Source: Lingula anatina (lineage: Eukaryota; Animalia; Brachiopoda). From it: a stretch of DNA of 64,000 nucleotides. The position numbers and the translations under genes are program-made. Shown one piece after another: positions 24,639 through 36,600 of this stretch (the first letter of the stretch is position 1; each line of letters begins with the position of its first letter). The stretch is taken from assembly GCA_051362555.1 (NCBI GenBank), contig CM120640.1:2666001-2730000 (forward strand), in the 5' to 3' direction. The notes beneath the pieces are model-generated. The model worked only from the letters and a program-made list of their open reading frames with translations, was not told the DNA's origin and searched no databases.

Positions 24639-27600
24639 TTACTCTGAATGCTGGTGTTGGTCTTTGTCTTTGTCATGGTGGACACATTCTCGCCCCAGAA
24701 CTTCCTCTTTAGCATGCTGGATCTCCTCCTCATCGTAAAAATAGAGTGGAAACATGCCTATGAAACACCCAATCACAACACACAGAGCTCGCCCCTGGAA
24801 TAAACCAAAGCAAATGACAGAAAGTCACATGCACTCCACGGCTGTTTTCACATTGAGTGGTTCAGTTTTCTGTATTGCACCAGTTTGTGAGATTGACAAC
24901 TTTATAGCCACACTCAACTAGAATACTTAACCAGATTGATTTTGATTAGTTTGATTAGATTGATTTGATTGTGAAAGGGAGTTAAACTTCCTGTAGCACA
25001 AAATGGTGCGATATAGAAGAATGTACTGCTCAACGGGAAAAGGGCCTAGGCATTGCGAAGATCGTATTACAGTATATACGTACTTGTATCAGAAAATGTC
25101 TAATGTGTTTGAGATTCATATCATACTTTGCTTTTGGTTCATTAAACTTGAATGTTGTTGGCAAGACAAGTAGAAAACAGTACAAGTATACAACATTAAA
25201 TGACTGAAAGGACTTTCTAAAATTCTAATCTAACATTCATTGTTTTAGTCTTACAATGCAGAAAATATTTGCAAATAGTCTAAGCAAGTGTGTAGTGACT
25301 AAATGCAATTTTTCAAACTATATTTCATAATTTTGGTGTCAGAGAAATTTAATTTGTCACATTTAAACTATAAATCAATATGTAGAGCAGCATTATAACA
25401 CTAACTTACACAAAATTGGGGCTTTAAGCAACAGCAAATTAAAAAACTTCAAATGCAGAACAATGGAGTGAATAAGCACTAACACTTAATACTATGAAGT
25501 AACACATAACTTAGTTTAAAATACAAAACATCTTTCTTAGCTAAACAATCACAGCATGCTTACTGTACTCTCATATTATAGAATGCTATGGAAGCATGAC
25601 TAAATTGGAAAAAATAATTAAATTTGCAGTGTCACTGAAACTTGAAAAAAAAAAAAACTTCTGAAATGATAATGCACTGATGAGTTCTTAAATGCTGCAA
25701 ATACCTACTATGGAAGCATGTGGGTAACTAAAAGGCTTAAAAAACACAAATTCAAGGAATACAATTCATGCAGGCAAACCACGATGCAGTGGCACAACAG
25801 GCTTCTAATCTTAAGGGATGCCAACAATGTCCACTATTTGAAACTCACTGACTAGATGATGATGATGATCACATTCTTGACGTCCAACAGAAGAATGTCC
25901 AGGATTGTGTTGCCATACAAACTCTTCAACACAATAATATTAACATTCCACGGAACAAATACTGTTCATCTACCAGAGGTCCGAGGATCTCCAAAACTGA
26001 CATTTAAGAAGGCAGCCATCCTGCACAAGTGTACGCAGTAGCTGAGCAAGAACTTGAGCAAATAGTAGTCTATGAAAGTATTGGTTTATGAATTGCAAAA
26101 TTACTTTTGAAACAAGCCAAACTTTGAATTTTTCACAAAGAACAGTGTATTCTTTACACATGCTCATATATATACTTATATGCATATATATATATACATG
26201 TGAACATGCAAAGAATACATTTGTTGGCATACATGACTTCCAAGTTTATTTCAAAAAGCACCATAACTTTGCTGTAATTGCTTTGTCCTTTTAAGACTTT
26301 TCAGATTCTGTGTTTTCTGATTCAGTCTTCTCGTCTTTTGAAATAAAAATTCCCTCCTGATGTAACAAAAACAGTGGAAACATGCCTAACAGACAACCAA
26401 ATGCTATCCCTATTGCGCGCCCCTGAAATAAGAACAGAGGAAAGAGTGTGTGAGAGGAAAGTGCAATAAAATACAGCTCACAGATTGTTATATCAGGGAA
26501 TCTGGTCAAATGCAGCAGATGTGCAAAAGGTAAAAGGCTCAACATTAATGTAATCTATGGAATATTTTCAGTTATTAAAAAAAATTTTCAGAAATGGTTA
26601 CTTAGTTTAAAATATCACTTTAAAAATGATACTATTTCAGTTGTGCATGGAAATATGGATATAAAATAGAAGGTAACCAGTGGAGAGAGAAGGATGTGCT
26701 AGTAGATAGAGAGTTTTCATTCTCCAGAGCATTCCTGTTATTGCTGCTAGTTATCACCAGAGAGGGTATATACAGGCCATAAAAGATTAGTTTATAATAT
26801 CTATCCACTAATAGTTTGAATGCACTTCTAATGGCTCTCATTCAACACAGACAGTCGCCAAAACCTACGTTACTAAAACCTACATGTTGCTATCTCTTAA
26901 GTTAAAACTAGCATGTTAAGGAGAGCTAGGGCAGTCAGTGAGCTTCCATGTTGGCAATCAGAGACTAAATGACCACTGATGAAATCACCTGGAAAATCAG
27001 TAAAATAACAAGGCAGCAAAGCTGTCAAATGTACAGACAAAAAGCAGGAAATAACAAAATAGGCTACTGTCAATTCTGATGCAAAAGTACATTATGTTAA
27101 ACTGCAAATTCAACATCAAATTTTAATTGTGCTTAACAGGTAATACCAATGTAAGTAAAATGTGTAACAAGCATAAGGCCCATGGGAGTTCAAGTTCACA
27201 CTTTGAAAATGTATAACTTCCAGAAAAAGAAGTCAATTAGACTGCTTTTCCAACTCCAGCTGCATTTTAGTCCTGTATTTCTTTTTTGAAAGTTTGGCAA
27301 TCATAAGTAACATGGTTTTCCCATAATGGTCATCATGGCAGCAGCACCCAAAATTGTGTTTTCTTCTATTCTGATGCAATATTACATAATGGTTAACAGC
27401 ATAATGACCATCAATTTTTAATTATAAAATATTAGGCCCATGGAACTTAAAAGTCACAACTTGAAAATGCCAAAATGTAAACAAGACAGCACTGTTCTGA
27501 AACGCTTTTTTTCCATTTTTAACATTTTTAAACATAAAACAAAATTAACAGTTTACTGCTATTTTTATATAATCAACTAAAAAAATTGATCAGATGGGAA

Positions 27601-30600
27601 AAATATCAATAGAGCAGTGTTAAATGTCCAATTTCTTCCATTCTGAGATTCTGAACATAGTGAATGATTGAATTTATTTCCATTTTTGAAACTTTATTAC
27701 ACAATACACGATAACAATTTAACCATCATTTTTACAAAATCAACTAACAATGTTGTAAAGATGCAGGGAATGTCAAACAAACACTTTTAATATCTTATTA
27801 ATTAAACAATGAAACTGTTAACATGCCTAAGAATTGAATCTGAGGAAATGTGAAAAAACAACATAACTTCTAAAATAATGGCCCGATTATGCTGATCTTT
27901 TAACTCAACCTGTGTTTTAGCAGGATTGACCACTCCTGTGAGTTTAATGACAATTGGCCTATTGACCACTCCTGTGAGTTTAATGACAATTGGCCTATCT
28001 GTTTTTCTTATATTGTGTTTACAGTGTTGCATATATGCTGATAAGTGAAAAAAAAGCATAACTACTAAAATAGTGGACTGATCATGCCGATTTTCTAACT
28101 TGACCTGCGTTTTAGTAAGATAGATTACTCCTGTGAGTTTCATGACAACAGGCCTATGGTTTTCCTTGGAAAGTGTTTACAGTGTTGCATATATGCTGAA
28201 AAGTGAAAAATAAAGCATAACTTCTACAATAATGGCCCGATCATGCTGATTTTCAAACTTGACCTGCGTTTTATGAATATTCATCAGCTCTGTAAATATA
28301 AAGCCAAAAAGTAAAACTGCCTTCCACTTATCGTGTTTACAATGAAAGTGCACGGCGCCGGCACCGGCGATGACGGGGACGACAGACGCAGGTGATGGCA
28401 ATATGTACAGACACATCTATATATATTTACTGTACTGTTTGAGAACAGTAAGTGACATGGTTTTTCTTAAATGGTCATCATGGGAGCAGTGCCCAAAATA
28501 GTTTTTTTTTCAAATTTTGATGCAATATTACATAATGTTTAACATCATAATGACCATCAATTTTTAATAATAAAATACTAGTATCATGGATATTCAGAAA
28601 ATTTGACTAGCAAAGGTCTTCAGGCCCATGGAACTTCAAAGTCACAACTTGAAAATGCCAAAATGTAAACAAGACAGCACTGTTCTAAAATGTTTTTTTT
28701 TCCATTTTTAACAATTTTTAACATAAAACAAAATTAACAGTTTACTGCCATTTTTATATGATCAACTAAGAAAATTGATGAGATGGGAAAAATATCAATA
28801 GAGCAGTGTTAAATGTCCAATTTCTTCCATTCTGAGATTCTGAACATAGTGAATGATTGAATCTGACAAACTGCAATGATATGAGTTTATTTCCATTTTT
28901 GAAACTTTATTACACAATACACGATAACAAGTTTACCATCACTTTTACAAAATCAACTAACAATGTTGTAAAGATGCAGGAAATGTCAAACAAAAACTTT
29001 TACGTATCTTATTAGTTTAATAATGAGACTGTTAACATGCCTAAGAATTGAATCTGAGGAAATGTGAAAAATATGCTGAAAAGTGAAAAAACAGCATAAC
29101 TTCTACAATAATGGCCCGATCATGCTGATTTTCGAACTTGACCTGCGTTTTATGAATATTCATCAGCTCTGTAAATATAAAGCCAAAAAGTAAAACTGCC
29201 CTCCACTTATCGTGTTTACAAGGAAAGTGCACGGCGCCGGCATCGCCATCGGCATCGTCATCGGCATCGCCATCGGCATCGCCATCGGCGACGACAGACG
29301 CAGGTGATGGCAATATGTACAGACACATCTGTGTCTGTACATAAAAACTAAAAGATGTTTCACCACCTTGGTCCTATTATAACTTCCTGGAATATCCGTA
29401 AACATAGCACCCCCAGTATATGCCTAATATCTACGCAGCATGTTGATGGGAGCTACTTATATATTAACTGGAATAAATATAATGTAAACAAACCTGAAAC
29501 CCAGTTAATAATAGTTAATCGCTGGCATAGTGACCTGGTAATTGTAAGATGGCATGCTTGATTTACTATATATTGGTCATTAAACATAAAAAGCGAGCGC
29601 CAGTGACACATACTTTTTGTGTAGTATTTGCATAGCTGTTTTATATCACTTTTTAATTACTGTGGATTCCTTTATATTCTGTAGGATACTATAGTATGAA
29701 ATGGGGAAAATAACAGAGCAAGTCATATTTGTGGAAACATTTCACAAAATGCATGGGTCACATGTTCACTTTTTTGTGGAATGCCCTGTATACACTATTC
29801 ATGAAACTTGACCTTAAACCTTTCAAAAAACTCAGTAATAACAGCCACATAAATGTAGCAGAGTTGAGAAAATTGTACAGAATTGCCCATTCCACCAGTG
29901 AAGCTGTCAAATAAGGTAATATGCAGGTTTTCTTCATGACCTGCTAATAGCATACACCTTTGGCCTTAAAGTGTATTTACCCTGGCAATGGGTTCAAGTC
30001 ACAGTAATAATCATGAAAAATGAAACATGCCAGTCAATGATGGAAGAAACAGTTCACCTGTTAGGGTTATCACCTTAAACACTATATTTCTACAACTGTC
30101 CTAGTGCTGTATCTTACCAAAGCTGAGGCTATCCTTGTAGACCTGTGGTCCGCTTGAGATGGAGTGATATTTGGTGGCTTCACACCTAATTTACTGACAG
30201 CATTTTCCACTATTCCTGCAGTTCTGAAAGGAAAAGGAAAAATTCTCTATATATTTTAAAAGAGAGAAGGCTAGGCCAGTTTTTAATTAGTATTCTCTAT
30301 TTGAAAAATAATCTGAATCCAGTGTCGTAAGATTAACACCCCATTTCCATAGATTAAATCGACGGGACGGACATTTAAGTCGGATTATCTGAAAGTAATC
30401 TAGTGAGACTCCCCGCGGGGATAGATCGATCTAAAATCTATGGGAATAGAGCCTAAGACTTCTTTCTCACCACATCTTTATTTTAATCAAAATCTGAGTA
30501 TGTATCAGGATGTGAAATCCACTTTACAATAAATTATGTAAGTTTTATTTAAGTTTGAAAAGACTCCATCATTCATCCTTTTGAGAAACCTACTGGTGTA

Positions 30601-33600
30601 TTGCACACTGTACACAAAGGAACTTTGATATGAAGATAATTTCTTCAAAATAAAGATGCATACTTAACCATTCAGCTGTAACTTACCCAACTCCAGCTAC
30701 ATCTGAGACCATATTACCTAATGCAGCAGCTGAAGCAGAAATGAAATCACAAATAGTCTTTTGCAAATTGTAGAAAGGTGGACTGAGATCAAAGCGTATA
30801 TCTTCCTAATCCCCATTTTTCTTTTTTTTTCTGTCTTTATTTCTTTGTGAGTTTTGGAATTGAATTCATTTTCAAGAATGAGCTTTTCTTAATGCCAAGG
30901 GAACTAATCAATCATGATTTATAAGAAAGTCAAAACCCAATCTGACACTGGTTTCTATGAATACCCTGTTATTATACATGGCTGGTTTGTTATAAGTTAC
31001 TTCATCTTTTAAGGTTGAAAATGCCAATGATATGAGTGCTTTGAATGCATGCATCTGACTACTTAAATATGCACTTGTGAAAAAGAGAAATCACTAGGGA
31101 ATTATGAAAAAATGTTGCTAATGTGTTCTTAAATACTGGCTTGAAGTATGAACACAGTATAAATATAAGGAGGGGAAAAACTTAACTTCTTCATATCAGT
31201 TTATTAGGATGAGCGAATGATACATCCAAATACTACAAGCATGACATTTATAAAATAGGTGCTATGGTTATCTTCATACTTTGATTTAGATACCATGATG
31301 GTCAAAAACTCCTATTTAATTTCTCAATGCCTACTACAAGCAACAGGTAACTGACCCAGTTTGCAGGGATGACTGCCCCCATGTCCCAAACACAATAAAT
31401 GTAGGTCATATCTCACATAATATGTCACAGCCAAAACCATTATAACCAACATCCAACAAACTTCAATGAAACAAAATCCCATCTCTACACTGGGCAGGTG
31501 ATTTAATGGAGATGATATATATGGCACTAAAATTGCTATCTAAATATGCCAAAGCAGCACTTCATTCCAAATGTCAAATGTGAGACTTTGTGTCAGTTAT
31601 TTAGCAAAATAAAACATTCCTAAAATCATTTATGATCAAGTTGTCGCCTGTTCAAAGTAAGAACTGTGTAAAGTGTAAAATTATCAACCATCCATCATGA
31701 TTTCGTCTGCTGCAGAAAGAGGTGATACGAATCAGTGATTCTGATGATAACTGAATGAGGGTGTGTGTGTGTGTTGGTATGTACATTGGTACACAGATAC
31801 ACAAGAGTACATGAGGGTATATTCAGAATTCTGTTCTCGGCCACTGACTAGGTTCTTTTCATTTCTAGACTTCCAAGTGACTCATTATTAAGATTTGGCC
31901 AACATACTTATTTTGTAAAATTTAACAAGAACGTATACTATTCCTCTCACTAAATGCAGCAAACAAGCCAGTGATGACCAGAAAAGAAAGAACCTTAATT
32001 TCTATTCATCTTCTTCATAGACTTATCCACAATACAAGCCAAATCAAATACAGAATAGCCTTAGGCTTCGTTCACATGGAATGTCTGTTTTCTAAAAATC
32101 TATTTTCTATTCGCGCTATCTTATGATCACGGTCTGTGCCCTGAATATCCCGACGCGTAATTACTGGCAGCGCAAGCCAGTTACTTATAGTAACTTATAG
32201 TAACTGGCTCGTGCTGCCAGTAATTACGCCGCGGGATATTCAGGGCACAGACCGTGATCATAAGACATACTGCGAATAGAAAACAGAATTTAGAAAATAG
32301 ACATTGCATGTGAATGAAGCCTTAAATTTTCTAAAATCAGTTTTCTCTTCTCCCACCCAGAGATCAGTAGGTCAAGACACCTTGCACATTAGTTCCAGTT
32401 GAATTCCCAGCCTGGGTGTTATTGTACTATAAAAATCCTATCACTATATATCCCGCATACCTAACTTGACCAGGACTGCATACTGGCCAAGATGACCACA
32501 ACACTTAATCTGATGAATTGGATTCACTGTTGGATAATTTTTGTCCTAATCAATATGTGTGAAATGCTTTCAAATATGTGATCAAAGGGCCTAAAACACC
32601 TTACTTCTCTAGAAGTGAAATAGAAAGCCAGCAGTGTGCACACTTTCATAGTAACTGTTAATGGAATTGTGTTGATCAGCAGTGCCAGCAGGTGAAGTAC
32701 CTGTGGCAGTGAATGACATAAGACAGTCCTGGTGAGTGATTAGTCAATTAGCTGATCAGACAGCAAGCTGAAGCTGTGGTTCTTTACTGCGCATCAAAAT
32801 TCAATGAAGAGAATGGCATATCCCCCATTTCTGACCATTTATTCAAATAAAACCAGCCACTTTCTAAACCCCTTTACCCATCTAAAAAAGAAGTTAACCA
32901 AAAGGAAGAAGAACCTCATCCCTTTGAGCATCAAAGTTGAATCTGATTGGATAATAAATGCACAGGGGTAATGCATCGCGTTGTTACCTAATATGGTAAA
33001 TGGAACTGGTTACTTTGAAAAAAAAAAATGACCTTGCACTAAAAGCTTGGGTTAATCTGTAGCTAGAGTCCATTTGCACAACTTAATGTACTAGTACTGG
33101 CAAAGTCAGCTAGAATCAGTTTTATCTGGCCACTTGCTGAAGTCTTACACCATGGAATAAGCTCAACAGGTATAAATATTAGTTAAATTCATTGTAACAT
33201 TATAAATTTCACAAGTGATGAGTTTTCACATCCCATTCTTACCTGCCATAGTTGATATACCCAGCATGGCTCCAAATGTAGCATCAATGTATTCACCCTG
33301 AAACCAAAAACAAAACTTCAGCAAAATCAACATTGAGCATATGCCATTAGGATAGAGAAGCTGGGCATGCAATCTGTGAAAATTCTTTGAGAAAAGATGG
33401 GGTCGTGTAAAAAGAAAAAACAGGTCTCACTTATTTAAAGGGCATCCTGCAAATTTTGTAAAATTCGATAAGTTTGAAATACATTTATCTAAAACAATCA
33501 ATGAATCATGCACACTCAGGTTAACAGTAAAACACTGCACCAAAGATCACTTCAAGTTGGTTAAACAGTAACGACACAGATATGCTGGCCAGATATGATA

Positions 33601-36600
33601 GTGATCATGAATAATTATCCATATTACACAAAGGAAGCAAGTCATGTAATTTGCACTGTAACTACACATATTAAATGAGTACAAACTCTCATATCAGAAA
33701 AACCTGACCAACATGGCAGTGCACCATATAACCTAAACCAGCACTACACAATAATGTGGTTATCTGTGAAAAGTTGAAGTTAAAACATATACAGGTGAGA
33801 CGTCAGTAATGGGCAGTTACAGCTAGTACAATACATTGGGCCACTCCATGTGAGAGAGAGAAGATTATGTAAGAGCACATGAAACACTGGACTGTTTCCA
33901 CCTGCCCACATGTAACAGCTCACACCAATACTTACTGCTGTAATCATTATAACATTGTCTAAAATTCCAAAACCTATAAATGGCAATCCGTTGTAAAGGG
34001 CAACTGGAAGAGAAAAATGAAGATATTTTTAAATAAATAAATAGACATTTTTATTCAAAATGATAAATCCACAAAAACCATTGCAACATAGAGCAACAGA
34101 GAGATTTTAATTTTCACAATTAAAACACAACTCTATCTTACCAAAGAGCACATTTATCAGATAAATGATATTAGTTTTCAACTGATCAAAGATGCACATC
34201 TTTTAATATACAATAACATTAAATCTGCTCTAAAATTTGAAATAAAAAAGTAGTAAAGGACTTTATTTAAACACTTAATAAAAATTCTCACCTTTTCTTA
34301 ACTGACTCCAAGAGGGCACAGGTGATGCTGACTCTGGAATGATGCAGGTGAAACTATTTCACAATTTGCACATAATATGTGATGATTATTGACTTTGTTA
34401 AATAAAAAACAATCTGTAGCACTATAACTTTATGTAAAAAATCTTCAAAATATTGATATCTAGTTTATTTTATTATAAATAGAACATTACATTCTACTGA
34501 TAAGCTTGAATTGACTGTAGTTCCCAAATAAATGTCAAGTATAAGTAGGCTAGATGCTATTAGCTGACACACGCCACAATGGCCTGATGGGCCTCATTGT
34601 TTTGGGCTGCTCCAAAAATGTTTCTTTTATTTATTTTGTAACATTTACACAAGGTAAATATCTGGTGTAAATGTTCAGATCTGATAAAAAATATAACATT
34701 GTATATCATAAATCAGTATGAGAAAAGCACTTGAATATGACAAAAATATGAAAGACCAACTCAATTTTTTCTGGACATTTTACATAGAACAGTAATTAAA
34801 CAACGACAAGGACTTTTCTCAGACAAGTTTTGAATGCCATCTCACAGTTTTGTTGGTTTGGGATTTGACTTGAGTATATATGTGTGTGTTAGGTTGTCTG
34901 TTACATAGTCTAATCTCTACTAAAGCAAGGTATTAAACACTGACCACTAGCTGTTACTAGAGCATTCCATCTCTGGTATTTACTCTGACAGTTCCCATTG
35001 ATTAAATATAAATATTGAAATATATTAAATATATCCGTTCTTTTTCTTAGGCACCTAAAGCCGCACTATAGTTGGCAGTTGAAAAAAAAACTGATCTGTA
35101 CCCTTAAGTTAGCATTCATTTCACAGTTTGACAATGTAAAACTCTTTGGTTATTTGATATCCTAAGATTCTGCTGGCACCATATTAGGGTTGAATGTTAT
35201 AACAATTTTAGAGCAGCCCAATGATAAAAACAGTCAAACAACACACATCACACATCATGATTTAGGGAAATCACCATGAATTAAATGTAGTGCAAATACC
35301 CACACATAGTTAACTACCTAGTAAGTGCTTTTCAAATGTAAAATCAATAAAATGTGTCCACATTTTCCTTTGAATTGTTATTTGTTATGGGTGCATTTTC
35401 TGTAAAACAGCAATCCATCAATTCATAAAAACTCAATCCAAAAATTTTATAGATAAAAGTAGAAATATCACCCTCACTTTTATGCATACCAATGCCTCAA
35501 ATTTAACTAGAGGATCAGAGAGGCGATACCGCCTCCGAATATTGTACCACCAGCTGGAGGAAGCGCATTCGTATAGACCCCCACATACACAAAATAAGGG
35601 ACACAGCCACCAGTTTTGTGCTTGACAAGCTGTAAAAATGCAATCACCAAGAATTTTTAAACTTTTGCAAAAAATATATATGGTACAATCAAATTTAAGT
35701 TCTTCGTAAGATAGGTCAAGGGTCAATTTCAAGGTCACAGTAAATTGCCAGTATATGACTTCCTATTCAAGTTCAAGAGTAACTATGGACCTATCTCTGC
35801 CAGTTTTGGAGATAAAAGGAAAGCAAAATTTGCAAAGTTCAGTTCATGGTGAAAAGTAGGTCAAAGGTCAATTTAAAGGTCACATTTAGATTGCCAGTAT
35901 ATGACTTCCTATTCAAGTTCAATAGTAACTACGGACCTATCTCAGCCAGTTTTGGAGATAAAAGAAAAGCAAAATTTGCAAAATTCAGTTCATGGTGTAA
36001 AGTAGGTCAAAGGTCAATTTTAAGGTCACATTTAGATTGCCAGTATATGACTTCCTATTCAAGTTCAATAGTAACTACGGACCTATCTCTGCCAGTTTTG
36101 GAGATAAAAGGGAAGAAAAATTTGCAAAGTTCAGTTCATGGTGAAAAGTAGGTCAAAGGTCAATTTTAAGGTCACATATAGATTGCCAGTATATGTTTTC
36201 CTATTCAAGTTCAATAGTAACTACGGACCTATCTCTGCCAGTTTTGGAGATAAAAGGAAAGCAAAATTTGCAAAGTTCAATTCATGGTGAAAAGTAGGTC
36301 AAAGGTCAATTTTAAGGTCACATATAGATTGCCAGTATATGACTTCCTATTCAAGTTCAATAGTAACTACGGACCTATCTCTGCCAGTTTTGGAGATAAA
36401 AGGAAAGCAAAATTTGCAAAGTTCAATTCATGGTGAAAAGTAGGTCAAAGGTCAATTTCAAGGTCACATTTAGATTGCCAGTATATGACTTTCTATTCAA
36501 GTTCAATAGTAACTACGGACCTATCTCAGCCAGTTTTGGAGATAAAAGAAAAACAAAATTTGCAAAATTCAGTTCATGGTGAAAAGAAGGTCAAAGGTCA

